A stretch of 64,000 nt of DNA from a virus. Taxonomy: Duplodnaviria > Caudoviricetes. Where the stretch lies: IMG/VR virus record IMGVR_UViG_3300038428_000448, positions 557 to 64,556 of that record, one strand, 5' to 3'. Made by a program: the position numbers and the translations under genes. The notes under the pieces were generated by a model. That model worked only from the letters and a program-made list of their open reading frames with translations. It searched no databases and was not told the origin of the DNA. This document shows positions 1 through 11,070 of this stretch, piece by piece. Within the stretch, counting starts at the first letter, position 1; each line of letters opens with the position of its first letter.

Positions 1-2
1 TA

Positions 3-305
3 GGTAATGACCCCGGTGTGTATTTAACTCCTGATAAAAATCTTGCGGTTTCGTTTGTTGAAACTTCAGAAAACGAAGAAATTCCCAAGGAATGGTTTGA
101 TGAAATTGTTATATTAACCATAGATTTAAGGAAATTGGATAATAAAAAACTATTTGAAAAAGACCCTCATTGGAATGTTGGTAAAAAAGTGTCTAAATCT
201 TTCTTGTATAAAGGAGTAATTCCACCATCAGCTGTTATAAAAATGGAGGATGAACACGGTCATATATTGCCTATGACATCTTCTTCACAACTTGGTCTTA
301 CTTAA
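3..305 (+). CDS. Partial (5'-truncated) protein with putative ADP-ribosyltransferase-like fold
   Basis: Frame is open from base 3 (GNDPGVYLTPDKNLAVSF). GVYLT, VILTID and YKGVIPP resemble the middle and C-terminal strands of ART/Tpt1-like phage proteins; the first catalytic strand would lie outside the window. Confidence 0.45.
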   Translation, partial: GNDPGVYLTPDKNLAVSFVETSENEEIPKEWFDEIVILTIDLRKLDNKKLFEKDPHWNVGKKVSKSFLYKGVIPPSAVIKMEDEHGHILPMTSSSQLGLT

Positions 306-308
306 AGA

Positions 309-316
309 TATTTATA
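309..316 (+). promoter_or_regulatory. Late-type motif TATTTATA
   Basis: Intergenic, 4 nt before ATG 321; recurs upstream of many structural genes. Confidence 0.65.
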
Positions 317-320
317 TTCA

Positions 321-848
321 ATGAAACTAAAAACTTTAATCCAAATAAATGAATGGATAAGTCATGCTCCAACCGTTAATAGATCGCCGGACCTTAATTT
401 GTACCCTACGCCCGGAGGATTAAATGACGGTTCTCCAAATTGGGATGGTATCGTTGAAGGTAAGGATTGGTTCTGTTATATGGAAGGAAATGATTGGCAA
501 ACCAAACGTTCAGGCGCTTCCATTTACATCAATGAAGATGAAAAACCTTATAAAATTTGGGTTAAAATAAAGACCAATGGCTTGCGCAAACCAAATGACA
601 CAAATGAATCCTACAAGGAAAGAGTTCGTAAACATACGAACAAAGTGGCTCGTTCGTGGATGTCAGAAGCAAGAAGAATTTTCAAAAATATAGAAATCAA
701 CGAAGCGGGTAATCCTGTTCCCATAACGTGGAAACAAGCTTTTCGTGAAGCATTGAAGAACCCAAAGGTAAAAGCGCATTTGGCTGACTGTGGCGAACAG
801 GAAATAGCCCCTCTGATGGATCCGGTCAACTTTACTCCAAGAAAATAA
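321..848 (+). CDS. Hypothetical protein with N-terminal leader MKLKTLIQINE (putative head protein)
   Basis: 175-aa ORF, TATTTATA 4 nt upstream of ATG. Confidence 0.65.
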   Translation: MKLKTLIQINEWISHAPTVNRSPDLNLYPTPGGLNDGSPNWDGIVEGKDWFCYMEGNDWQTKRSGASIYINEDEKPYKIWVKIKTNGLRKPNDTNESYKERVRKHTNKVARSWMSEARRIFKNIEINEAGNPVPITWKQAFREALKNPKVKAHLADCGEQEIAPLMDPVNFTPRK

Positions 849-849
849 C

Positions 850-1347
850 TTAGTTAGTTTCTCCAATTGCTATTGCTTGCCAATGCACCAACGAAGACAA
901 CGAATGTCTTGAATTGGAGTTTATGGTGAATCCTGATAAAGTTTGGTTTTGAACCACCCAAGTTCTAGCATCTCCGCCAATCACCGTTATAGAATACATT
1001 GATGGAAAGGGCGTAACAAAAGCCACGCTGTAAGTCAATGAACCATTTGCTATATTAAATGATGAACCACTGACTACTCCTGCCTTTATTATTTGACCGG
1101 GAATACCTGAAACATAAGAAGCGGTTAAAGCGTATGATGATGAAATTGCACTATTAGCTTGTGATGCTTGTATTGCATATGAAGCTGACGTTGCTGTAGA
1201 AGCATTTCCTTGTAAATTTCCAACAAACGAACCACTAACTTGTGTCGCCTGTGAAAAATCTATAATTGACCCTGTTGATGCATGTAAAGAAGACTCAATA
1301 TTTACATCAACAAAACTAGCTGAATTTATGTAGAAAATCTGATCCAT
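850..1347 (-). CDS. Short fibre/decoration protein with C-terminal beta-sandwich (H-type-lectin-like) tip
   Basis: SASYA repeats followed by AGVV...VAFVTPF...Y.I.V...SGFTI...HWQAI tip domain shared with 1408..1902 and 44748..46052. Confidence 0.6.
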   Translation of the reverse strand: MDQIFYINSASFVDVNIESSLHASTGSIIDFSQATQVSGSFVGNLQGNASTATSASYAIQASQANSAISSSYALTASYVSGIPGQIIKAGVVSGSSFNIANGSLTYSVAFVTPFPSMYSITVIGGDARTWVVQNQTLSGFTINSNSRHSLSSLVHWQAIAIGETN

Positions 1348-1407
1348 ATTATCGTATTAAAATTATACTCGGGCATAAATATCGTTCAATTTTTATAAAA
1401 CCAAGAA

Positions 1408-1902
1408 TTATTCGTCTGTCATCCAATAAACATAACCTGTAAAAGGAACATGACTGTTAGATGATATTATAAAACTAGAAGTTGTTTTATTAAATATAGA
1501 CCACAATCTAATATCTTCACCTGTAACTATAACCACATAAGATACATCTGAATAAAGAGTTTCTAAAGCCACTTCATAACTTTTAGGATTTCCTTGAAAT
1601 AATGACCCAGCAATTCCTCCAAACTGAACGTTTTTTGGTGCCCAAGATGCTGATAAGGATGTTTCTGCTAATAATGCTACATTAGAAACCAATGATGTAT
1701 TGGAAATATTTGCATAAGAAGCTGTTTGGTCTTGAGTTAATATTGATTGTCCAATAGAAGAAGAAGGAATATTTGCGACCACATTTCCATAACCATCAAG
1801 TAACCAATTAGTTCTTCCATCATTATACGTTTGAACAATATTTTGATAAGAATTAGAAATGTATTGATTTGTTAAATCCTTCTGTAAAAATTTAGGAATC
1901 AT
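1408..1902 (-). CDS. Short fibre/decoration protein, N-terminus paralogous to the 2833-aa fibre
   Basis: DLTNQYISNSYQNIVQ...LLDGYG...IPSSSIG..ILTQDQTAS matches the start of 1963..10464. Confidence 0.65.
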   Translation of the reverse strand: MIPKFLQKDLTNQYISNSYQNIVQTYNDGRTNWLLDGYGNVVANIPSSSIGQSILTQDQTASYANISNTSLVSNVALLAETSLSASWAPKNVQFGGIAGSLFQGNPKSYEVALETLYSDVSYVVIVTGEDIRLWSIFNKTTSSFIISSNSHVPFTGYVYWMTDE

Positions 1903-1921
1903 ATCTATAAAGTAACAACGT

Positions 1922-1929
1922 TATAAATA
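1922..1929 (-). promoter_or_regulatory. Late-type motif TATTTATA
   Basis: Intergenic upstream of 1902. Confidence 0.65.
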
Positions 1930-1962
1930 GTTATCACTTTTATAAAGATTTCAATCTTATTT

Positions 1963-4900
1963 TTACAAAGCTTCTATTGCACATTCCTGTAATGTAAATG
2001 AACCTGTATTAGTTTGAGCCGTTATATCAATAAACCACGGACTGGAAGCCGCAATTGTTGCTACGGCTGGAGCAAGAGTTGAGTTAATCATTGATGAACT
2101 GTAATAAGCCATACCATCACAATTAAATGTAGTTAATGAACGAACAGTCCCAATTAAACTAAATCCTGCTCTAGTATTGGTTACAGTTGCAGCCGAGCTT
2201 GTAACCGAAGTCCATGCTAAGTTATCTGACGTTGTTCCATTAGCTCCAACACGAATTCTAAATAGAATTGAACCCGTCGAGCTGTTTGTACCGACACCTA
2301 ATATTCTAAAATTTTGCCCAATTCTAACGCTATTGGCTGGAATTTTACAATTGAATAATAGAGTTTCATTTGCAGTAGAAGTTGCTACTGTGCCTGCTAA
2401 TGCTGCATCAGCTATTCCATTTGATGCATCACCAATATTATTTGCAATGATAGGACTTCCGGTTATTGGTCCAATATTAAGATAAGGAGCGGTATTGTTA
2501 CTACTTACATTATTACCTTTAATTTCAAAACTACTACTTGCACTTGAAGATGGAAAATTGATTGCATATTTTTGTGTATTCGTCGCCGTTCCAGCAGTTC
2601 CTATTGTGCATCCTTCTATCATCCAATTGCTAGCATTTTGACAAATATCAAAACCGTTATATACGCCTGAACTAGATTGGCTATTACCTGCTACCGTGCA
2701 ATTACTCCATAATATATTGTTAGCCCCGGAATATAACCACTTGATACCATCACAATAATTGTTAAGAATACGGCAATCAGTAAACTTAACATCATCAATA
2801 ATACCAGTATTACTACCACTAATTACTATTCCATAAGACTGAAAACCTGCTGTATTCGTGCTCGGATTTACAGTTTGTGTACCCGTTGTTCCACTAAACC
2901 ATGCATCTTGAAATATCATACTTCTTGCACGAGCTGTTGTAGAACCAGCAGGATTAATGAGTAATGCAGCTAAACCACATGCGTCAAATAAACAATGGTC
3001 ACAGAAAATGAAAGACACATCATTATTAGCTAACGGGTCTATAACTAATCCATAATTAAATGCAGCTACATCAAGTTTGAATAGTGAAGTGAACCCCGTT
3101 TGAACAATTTCAATACCATTCATTGGTTTTGTAGTTGGAGTATTAGAGAAAACAAGATTACTGATATATGTGTCACCGGTTGGTCCGTTGACAACACGAA
3201 TTGCTGAGCCGCTGCCGGGATTACCACTATTGATAAATCCTTGGTCAACTCTTACAACTGATGAACTGTTTTGTATCAATATTCCATAGTAATAATTTGT
3301 AATACCAACATCGTAAATGAATACATTATTAGCTTGGTTAATGTTAATACTTGAACCTGAAGTTCTTGCAGAGTTACCATAAATCTGCATATGTCTTAAT
3401 TCTATTACGTTTGTAGAACCTGCTGTATTATTACCAATTTGTAGAATATCACCCGTTGTTGCTGTATTCAATATTACTGTAGAACCAATGCCCGAACCAA
3501 TTAACGCAACGTTATTTCCAGACATTGAAATTGGCGCAGAAACTTTATAAATACCCGGCGGAAAGAATAAGTCAACACTACGCGTGGAAGGATTTGGAGC
3601 GGCTAAAGAATAAGAAATAGCTAATTGAATAGCAGCAGTATCATCAGTGCTATTATTACCAGTAGCTCCAAATTGTTTTACGTTATAACCAGTCCATACA
3701 GGCCCAGTAAATTGTGAACTGCTTAATATTGTTGCAGTCAATGAACCAGATGATGGATTGACATATAAACTACTGGTTGTATATTCTGCTGTGCTTCCTG
3801 TATTAGTTGCAACGAATGTAAGATACCAATTAGCATTTGATGCGGTAACATAAAAAGATTGTATGGAAGAAGTTAAAGCATTACTAGCCCAACTTGCTGT
3901 TCCCCAAACACTTCCCGTCACGGATCCATTACAAAAACTAGCAGTATTTGATGTTAAAGCATTTGACGCCCACGAAGCCGTGCCCCATACTGACCCTGTA
4001 GCAGGTCCGTTCAAAAAACTTGAACTAATAGAAGCTGAAGCCCAACTTGATGAGACAGCCCAAAATGATTGTGATGCCCAAGAAGCTGATATTGCATAAC
4101 TACTTGGTGTTGATGGTGCAAATGAAGCACTTACTGCATAACTAGAAGAAATTACATTAGTAGCCCACGATGAAGTTCCAAAAAATGAAGCCGTAATACC
4201 AAATCCACTTCCACTCATTTGAGTGGTCGAAGGATTGTAAGTCAAGTCTGTATCAATGTAAATTGATTGATAACCTGACGAACCTGTTGACAAGTTAAAA
4301 TTGTAAATCGTGTTATTACTTGTGGCAGCAATGGATGAACTTAATGAGGCACTTGCCCATGAAGCAGACGTTGCATACGTTGCGCTTTGAACTGAACCTA
4401 ATAACAAACTTGATGTTCCAGCATAACTTGATGAAATTATAGTTCCTGTGATTCCACTGGAACTTATATTGCTAGCCCAGCTAGCCGTACCCCAAAGTGA
4501 AGCTGTCGCATTTCCACTTAGAAAACTTGATGTTCCAGCATAACTTGATGAAATTATAGTTCCTGTTATACCGCTTGAGGAAATATTACTTGCCCAAGAA
4601 GCAGTTCCCCATGTGGAACCTGTATGAGAACCATTCAAAAAACTAGAACTAATTGCATTAGTTGACCAGCTTGCCGTGCCCGCTAAATTATTTGCCCACG
4701 ATGCTGTTCCTGCTAAATTGGAAGCCCAACTTGCTGTTCCATTAAGATTGTTTGCCCAAGATGCTGTTCCCCATGTGGAACCTGTATGGAAACCGTTTAA
4801 AAAACTAGCAGATATTGATGCAGACGCAAATGATGATGAAAATGCAACAGTTGAAGAACTTGCATAAGAAGCAGACGTTGCAACGGATGATACACTTGCA

Positions 4901-7900
4901 TAGCTTGAACTAATTGAAGCAGAAGCCCACGATGAACTTACAGAAGTATTTGATGAACTTGCATATGAAGCTGAAAATGCAACAGTTGATGCAGAAGCAT
5001 ATGATGATGAAATTATATTGTTTGCCCAAGATGCCGTACCCCAAGTAGAGCCTGTGTGTGACCCATTCAAAAAACTTGCACTCGTTGATGAACTTGCATA
5101 CGAAGATGAAAATGTTATGGTTGATGCGCTAGCGTATGAAGCTGAAAATGCAACTGTTGATGCGCTAGCGTATGAAGCTGATAGTGCCGTTACGTTTCCT
5201 GTAATACCGCTTGAAGAAATATTACTTGCCCATGACGCTGTTCCAAAAACCGAACCTGTAGAATTTCCATTTAAGAAACTTGCGCTAACTGACGAACTTG
5301 CCCATGATGAACTTATAGAAACACTTGATATACTTGCATATGAAGCAGAAATAACATTGGATGCCCAACTAGCCGTTCCCCACACCGAAGCCGTTGCATT
5401 ACCATTTAGAAAACTTGCACTAACCGACGCAGAAGCCCAACTAGATGATACACTAACTGTTGATGCACTAGCGTATGAAGATGATGTTGTAAATAATGAA
5501 CGGGATGCAAATGAAGCGCTTGTGGTAAATAATGATGAACTAGCCCAACTTGATGATACATTAAATAATGACTGTGACGCCCATGATGCTGAAGTTGCAT
5601 ATGTTGCACTATTGATTGAACCTATTAAGAAACTTGCAGTACTTGCATAACTTGAACTGATTGATGCCGATGCCCAACTTGCACTATTTGATGGTCCACC
5701 AGAAGAAGGTGCCCAAGAAGCACTTATTGCATTACTAGCTGTTCCAATTAATGAACCTGTTAATAGAGTGAGTCCACTGGCATCAAAATATGCCATCTGA
5801 AAAGAATTACTAATAAGAAATCTAATCGAATTATTCGTGTTGGTTGATAACCATAAATCGCCACCAGCCATTTGAATATAACCATCCAATGGTTTAACCC
5901 AAGGCCAATCCCCATCATTATAATTGGAACTACCAATACCTAAATCTATATAATGTGTTGTTTGACTTCCAATGTCAGCAGTTGCAACTATATCAGTAGA
6001 GGCACTTTGATTATTAGAAAAATTTTGATTATAGATTTGGAAATAGTTGTTAACCGTTCCATAAGCCCCAATACAATTTACTGAAGATGTATTGATTTGA
6101 AATACAAGTAATGCTTCAGGATTAGTTGGAGTTGGACTACCAGAATTAATAAGAACATATTGGCCACCATAAACCTGAACACTACCAGTCAACGTTAAAC
6201 TTTGGTCGGGAGCCCAATACGGAATATGATATGGTGTAGCACCAACGAATTGAGGCTTATTTGCCCTTACAAATACACCCGTTCCTGTACCTGTATATTC
6301 ATCTTTAGTTAAATGATAATATTCACCACCCTGACCGCCTTGTAATCCCAACAAACTGTTATGTTGAGTAACCGTAGCCGGAGCAAAGATTGTATTATAA
6401 GCTGATTGAACTGTTGGAGATGTTGAACCACTCTGAACAACAATAGAACCAACCAATAAGCCAATGGCTTGTAATGTTGTAGGTATATTTGCTGGTGGTT
6501 GAGCAGATGTTTGTGCTTCCACTAAAGTAGGATATTGCTGAGAGCCTAATACAATAACAGCATCAGTTTTATTATCACAGACAAGAGTATATATAAAATT
6601 AACTGACCAAGAATTTGGCGTCAATGCAGTTAATCCGCCTATTCCATTATAATGAAGATTATCATAACCATACCCCGTTGAATAAGTCCAATTACTTGAT
6701 GAATTAATATAATGGTAAGTTGTGCAACTTGCAGTTTGAGACGATTGAAATTGTGAAATAAAATGTTGATTTGGTCCAAACCATACACTACCAGCCGTAA
6801 TACCAAAATCCGAACCTGTTGTGAAAAGGGTGAAACCAGCTTGTCTCTCAAATTCATGTAATGTTATATCTTTATATTGCAAATTATTTGCAACTGCTAG
6901 TCCTGAAATACCTGTATTAAGTTGATGTATGTCCCAAGTGATTCCATTAAAATCAACATTTAACAAAGAAACGGCACATACACTAAGATTATCAATATAG
7001 TATGGATTTAATGATAATTCATATTGAGCACCACTACCTGAATGAGATGTAACAATAAAGTTAGTATAACCGGGTATCAGACCAAGGGTTGTTTGCGGTA
7101 GTGAATACTGAGTTACAACACCTGTTCCTGTTGAATCAGGGTATAGATTGACACTACCTGTTGAAATAGTAATTGTTCCATTATTATTATTTGTTACAAT
7201 GATATTTGATATTACACCAGCATATCGGTTTATGGTATTATCAGCATATGAAGAAGTTGTAGCATGTGATGAACTTATAGCATTTGTAGAAAAACTAGCC
7301 GATGTAGCTGAACCTTGTAAATTTCCTATAATATTAGAAACATTTAATGTAAAATCGGACATGTCATAACTTATGCCATTATTCTGGTCGGTATAAACCG
7401 ATTGAACACCTGTATTAGTTTGAACAAATACAGGATACCATATTCCGGTATTTGTTTCATTTGTCTGTATATTTACAGCATTATAGGCGTTTGAAGAAGT
7501 ATCAGAGAAACTTGCACTTACCGCATATGATGCAGTTCCACTAGATAATGAGGTATATGATGCTGAAGTTAAATGATAATATTCACCTGATTGACCACCT
7601 TGAAGGCCACTCAAATCATTATGATATGTTATTCCCGAAGGAGAGAAATTTTGAACAAAAGCCGAATCTACTTGTGTTGCGGTGGCATCACCTTTATGAT
7701 AGATTGCCCTACCAACCAAAATAGCAATATCAATAAGATGTTGTGGTGGAGTTGGTGGTTGTGATTGTTGAGCAGCAAGTAATGACCCATAATCCGGACT
7801 ATACATTACTATTGTTGCATTATTATTTCCAACACCACGATAGATATAATTGACAACGTAATGATTTGTACCCGATCCTAATGCTACAATATTTGTTCCA

Positions 7901-10464
7901 TCATCACATTGAGTGCTGGTCATTTGTGTAATCAATGACCCTGACCATACAGAAGCAGAATGTGCAACTAATATTGTTCTACTTGTGGACGAATTTACTG
8001 CAGGCAAAATTATTTGGCTTGCGCCCATCCACACACTACCTGAAGTTATGGAAATATATTTAGAACCACTTTCAGATAAATTTAGTCCATTCCCCCGTTG
8101 TATTCCTTGTGTCCATCCAACTTGCGTAAGCAGTTTATTAGCAAGTAATATACCGGGATTATCATATGATACGTAAGAAGGTGTGTTACTGGCACCATTT
8201 GTTATTGTATAAACATATGTAGTTTGTATGCTATCAACAACCGTTCTATCATAGGTAAGTTGATAAATTGGGCTTCCACTATTATAGGTGACAACAATAT
8301 ATCCAGCATTTAAGAACGATGAAGTATCAAAATTAAATGATGATGATTGTAATGGATAATTTCTTACAAATCCGGTTCCATCTGATGTTGTGCATAGATT
8401 AACACTGCCCGTTCCAACAATAAAACTTGAACTATTAAGAAACGTAATAGAAGGCACATTCGTCATTCCAACAAATGGATATGGGCGTTGGCCCAAATTA
8501 CTGACGTAAACTTGAACAATACCACTGCCACTATTTGCTGCTACAACATATCCAACACCAACCGTTTGTGCTGGGTCAGGCAATGGAAATGGAACTATAG
8601 AACCCGACGTGGTATTTGATAGATATACTTGTTGACCCGGAACAAACATTGAAGTATCCAAGTTATAAATCAATCCCAACGTTGTAATAACACCAATACT
8701 ACCACTATTGATTGCTTGTGGAGCCAATCCAATAACCGCTGACTTTTGACTGTTATTAACACCATCTGCTAATGCTAGTTTAACAATAGGAACATTACCG
8801 ATAGAACCTGTAGAATATACAGAACTTCCGTTTGGTATGTATTCTCCAGCATAAGCTCTTATCCAAGTTTCTTGTCCAATTTCCAAAGGTAAGTTTGGAA
8901 CATCTGAATACATTGCATAAGTCTTCGTAGAATCATCCCACCACATTTCTGCTGCTTTATATGGTGGTGTAAAAGAACTTGTTACAGATAAAATATATGA
9001 TTGAGACAAATAGATATTAGCACCCGGATTTAAATAACTTGCTGAAAGTGATGACGATGCCCATGAAGCGCTTACAGATGAACCGCCACCCGGTGCCCAA
9101 GATGCACTTATAGAATTACTTGATGTTCCATACAACGAACCTGTAAATGATGGAGCCGTCAATCCACCTGTCATTGTATCACCTGTTCTTAATACAAATG
9201 TGCTTGAAGGTACGGGAATGGTTACACCAGCAGCAGTACCACCATCTACAATCATGTGCATATCCGGTGTTCCTGTTCCATTATCACATTTGAATTTACA
9301 AACCAATCTATCGGTAAGATTTATTGCTATACTTGATGTGTTAATGACTGGAACAGTAAAAGAGTCATTAACATTGGTTGTTATTGGAACGGATGATGGA
9401 GAAGGCAATTCAATATATTCAACACTTGCACTTCTTATATAAATTTCAGGATGAACGGTATTAGCAGCAACACCACCAACCCTATAAAGATGAAAATGAA
9501 CATTGATTGTTCCTTGAGAAATATTTTGAACATTAAGTGCTGGTGAAACGAACTCCATAAAATACTGTGAAGCCGAAACACTTGTAACAACGATTGCTGA
9601 AGTAGAAGCACTTAATGGAGATGTTAATTTTAACATCTGTTCATACCCCGGAATATCAGATGAAGCAGAACGAAAGTAGTAATCAAGTCCTTGTGGACTA
9701 ATGCTGTCAACATAGTTTTTTGTGGCAACTTGATTTGCAGCCGTTGGATCAAGTGTTACAATATTACTAGCACTAATATATGATGCTGTAATACTATTTA
9801 CTAAAATATTTTGTTGTTGTGATGACCAAGATGCACTTAATGATTGCGATGACCATGAAGAACTGATGGATGTGTTAGAATCATCGGCTAAAGAAGCTGT
9901 TTCAGCTAACAATGCTACATCAGAAACTAATGACAATGATGCTATATTTGCATATGATGATGACAAAACATTAAAAGCATAACTTGCGCTAATTGATGAC
10001 GAGGCCCATGAAGAACTAACAGAGACATCTGCACGATAAGAAAAATCGGTAAAATTAGATAAAATTGCTAATGATGCTGTATCTGTAATTTCTGCAAATG
10101 TTGAATAATTTGAAGTATCAGAATGATTTGCTTCAACAGCATGTGATGCACTTAAAGCTGTATCGGAATATGATGAACTCAAACTTTGTGATGCCCATGA
10201 TGCAGATATAGTGGATACCACAGAAGAAGTAACATATGTTATCGAAGAAGAGACAGCATATGAAGCTGTGCCGGCCCATGAGGCAGTTTGGTCTTGAGTA
10301 AGAATAATATTACCAATGGAAGATGATGGGATTCCTCCTATAACATAACCAAGACCATCCAAAAGATAAGTGGTGGAGCCTGTCGGGTCAGCATATCTTT
10401 GCACCACATCTTGATAAGATGTAGAGATATATTGTTGAGTTAAATCTCTTTGAGGAAATTGCAT
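1963..10464 (-). CDS. Giant fibre protein with Ser/Ala-rich repeats and C-terminal pectate-lyase-like beta-helix (putative depolymerase)
   Basis: 2833 aa; many SASWA/GTASWA repeats; YNVKQFGATGNNSTDDTAAIQLAI...LFFPPGIYKVS is the typical entry motif of tailspike beta-helices. Confidence 0.85.
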   Translation of the reverse strand: MQFPQRDLTQQYISTSYQDVVQRYADPTGSTTYLLDGLGYVIGGIPSSSIGNIILTQDQTASWAGTASYAVSSSITYVTSSVVSTISASWASQSLSSSYSDTALSASHAVEANHSDTSNYSTFAEITDTASLAILSNFTDFSYRADVSVSSSWASSSISASYAFNVLSSSYANIASLSLVSDVALLAETASLADDSNTSISSSWSSQSLSASWSSQQQNILVNSITASYISASNIVTLDPTAANQVATKNYVDSISPQGLDYYFRSASSDIPGYEQMLKLTSPLSASTSAIVVTSVSASQYFMEFVSPALNVQNISQGTINVHFHLYRVGGVAANTVHPEIYIRSASVEYIELPSPSSVPITTNVNDSFTVPVINTSSIAINLTDRLVCKFKCDNGTGTPDMHMIVDGGTAAGVTIPVPSSTFVLRTGDTMTGGLTAPSFTGSLYGTSSNSISASWAPGGGSSVSASWASSSLSASYLNPGANIYLSQSYILSVTSSFTPPYKAAEMWWDDSTKTYAMYSDVPNLPLEIGQETWIRAYAGEYIPNGSSVYSTGSIGNVPIVKLALADGVNNSQKSAVIGLAPQAINSGSIGVITTLGLIYNLDTSMFVPGQQVYLSNTTSGSIVPFPLPDPAQTVGVGYVVAANSGSGIVQVYVSNLGQRPYPFVGMTNVPSITFLNSSSFIVGTGSVNLCTTSDGTGFVRNYPLQSSSFNFDTSSFLNAGYIVVTYNSGSPIYQLTYDRTVVDSIQTTYVYTITNGASNTPSYVSYDNPGILLANKLLTQVGWTQGIQRGNGLNLSESGSKYISITSGSVWMGASQIILPAVNSSTSRTILVAHSASVWSGSLITQMTSTQCDDGTNIVALGSGTNHYVVNYIYRGVGNNNATIVMYSPDYGSLLAAQQSQPPTPPQHLIDIAILVGRAIYHKGDATATQVDSAFVQNFSPSGITYHNDLSGLQGGQSGEYYHLTSASYTSLSSGTASYAVSASFSDTSSNAYNAVNIQTNETNTGIWYPVFVQTNTGVQSVYTDQNNGISYDMSDFTLNVSNIIGNLQGSATSASFSTNAISSSHATTSSYADNTINRYAGVISNIIVTNNNNGTITISTGSVNLYPDSTGTGVVTQYSLPQTTLGLIPGYTNFIVTSHSGSGAQYELSLNPYYIDNLSVCAVSLLNVDFNGITWDIHQLNTGISGLAVANNLQYKDITLHEFERQAGFTLFTTGSDFGITAGSVWFGPNQHFISQFQSSQTASCTTYHYINSSSNWTYSTGYGYDNLHYNGIGGLTALTPNSWSVNFIYTLVCDNKTDAVIVLGSQQYPTLVEAQTSAQPPANIPTTLQAIGLLVGSIVVQSGSTSPTVQSAYNTIFAPATVTQHNSLLGLQGGQGGEYYHLTKDEYTGTGTGVFVRANKPQFVGATPYHIPYWAPDQSLTLTGSVQVYGGQYVLINSGSPTPTNPEALLVFQINTSSVNCIGAYGTVNNYFQIYNQNFSNNQSASTDIVATADIGSQTTHYIDLGIGSSNYNDGDWPWVKPLDGYIQMAGGDLWLSTNTNNSIRFLISNSFQMAYFDASGLTLLTGSLIGTASNAISASWAPSSGGPSNSASWASASISSSYASTASFLIGSINSATYATSASWASQSLFNVSSSWASSSLFTTSASFASRSLFTTSSSYASASTVSVSSSWASASVSASFLNGNATASVWGTASWASNVISASYASISSVSISSSWASSSVSASFLNGNSTGSVFGTASWASNISSSGITGNVTALSASYASASTVAFSASYASASTITFSSSYASSSTSASFLNGSHTGSTWGTASWANNIISSSYASASTVAFSASYASSSNTSVSSSWASASISSSYASVSSVATSASYASSSTVAFSSSFASASISASFLNGFHTGSTWGTASWANNLNGTASWASNLAGTASWANNLAGTASWSTNAISSSFLNGSHTGSTWGTASWASNISSSGITGTIISSSYAGTSSFLSGNATASLWGTASWASNISSSGITGTIISSSYAGTSSLLLGSVQSATYATSASWASASLSSSIAATSNNTIYNFNLSTGSSGYQSIYIDTDLTYNPSTTQMSGSGFGITASFFGTSSWATNVISSSYAVSASFAPSTPSSYAISASWASQSFWAVSSSWASASISSSFLNGPATGSVWGTASWASNALTSNTASFCNGSVTGSVWGTASWASNALTSSIQSFYVTASNANWYLTFVATNTGSTAEYTTSSLYVNPSSGSLTATILSSSQFTGPVWTGYNVKQFGATGNNSTDDTAAIQLAISYSLAAPNPSTRSVDLFFPPGIYKVSAPISMSGNNVALIGSGIGSTVILNTATTGDILQIGNNTAGSTNVIELRHMQIYGNSARTSGSSININQANNVFIYDVGITNYYYGILIQNSSSVVRVDQGFINSGNPGSGSAIRVVNGPTGDTYISNLVFSNTPTTKPMNGIEIVQTGFTSLFKLDVAAFNYGLVIDPLANNDVSFIFCDHCLFDACGLAALLINPAGSTTARARSMIFQDAWFSGTTGTQTVNPSTNTAGFQSYGIVISGSNTGIIDDVKFTDCRILNNYCDGIKWLYSGANNILWSNCTVAGNSQSSSGVYNGFDICQNASNWMIEGCTIGTAGTATNTQKYAINFPSSSASSSFEIKGNNVSSNNTAPYLNIGPITGSPIIANNIGDASNGIADAALAGTVATSTANETLLFNCKIPANSVRIGQNFRILGVGTNSSTGSILFRIRVGANGTTSDNLAWTSVTSSAATVTNTRAGFSLIGTVRSLTTFNCDGMAYYSSSMINSTLAPAVATIAASSPWFIDITAQTNTGSFTLQECAIEAL
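4406..4566. repeat. 44-bp exact direct repeat (4406-4449 and 4523-4566) within the fibre repeat region
   Basis: aaacttgatgttccagcataacttgatgaaattatagttcctgt occurs twice, 117 bp apart. Confidence 0.9.
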
Positions 10465-10473
10465 ATGTTATAA

Positions 10474-11070
10474 TTATCTTAATAATCCATTTATTCCCCG
10501 CAAAATCGTTCTAGCATGATAATTATATTCAGGATTGGCTTTAAAATATTCCTTTAGTATTTGAACAAAGTCTTTTTGTTTTCTTTGAAAATTACTTTTT
10601 CTTATACCAAACTGTTCACATATTATTGCAATTTCTTTTTTCGGAATCAAAATGTTAATGTCTTTTCTTTTTGATGAAAGAATATTCGACGACTTTTTTT
10701 CAGTATGACTTAATATTGGACGTGTTTTAATCTTGACAACGGGCTTTGTTGATTGTTTTTGTTCATTGACTTTTACTTTTACAGAAGTATGTTCTTCAAC
10801 GATAAAATCGGATTGCCAAGGCCGAAAATAGGTGTCTTCCACTATCACTTCAAGATGCATGTTGCCGCGGGTATTTTCATCTAATATTCCCTTCAATCGT
10901 TTGATGGGGATGATACATTTCTCTCCGTTTAATTGACCATTGAATACCAAATTAGGCCCATTGACAGATTCCACAATTAAACGTGCGATAGAACCTTTTA
11001 GTGTAGCATTTTTAACCGATACCTCACATTCAAAGTTCTCGTTTTTATCAACATAAAGTTTATATGACAT
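10474..11070 (-). CDS. Hypothetical phage protein
   Basis: 198-aa ORF overlapping the upstream ORF; beta-rich N-terminus, basic C-terminus. Confidence 0.7.
   Translation of the reverse strand: MSYKLYVDKNENFECEVSVKNATLKGSIARLIVESVNGPNLVFNGQLNGEKCIIPIKRLKGILDENTRGNMHLEVIVEDTYFRPWQSDFIVEEHTSVKVKVNEQKQSTKPVVKIKTRPILSHTEKKSSNILSSKRKDINILIPKKEIAIICEQFGIRKSNFQRKQKDFVQILKEYFKANPEYNYHARTILRGINGLLR

Noticed and set aside
3863-5650. Long plus-strand ORFs (e.g. 5018..5650) opposite the fibre gene
   Set aside because: Antisense shadows of Ser/Ala repeat codons; same for 44974..45639 and 16024..16719.
3860-5720. Repeat array considered as CRISPR or DGR template/variable repeats
   Set aside because: Repeats are in-frame coding units with synonymous variation; no spacer structure, no adenine-specific mismatch pattern, no cas or reverse transcriptase gene.
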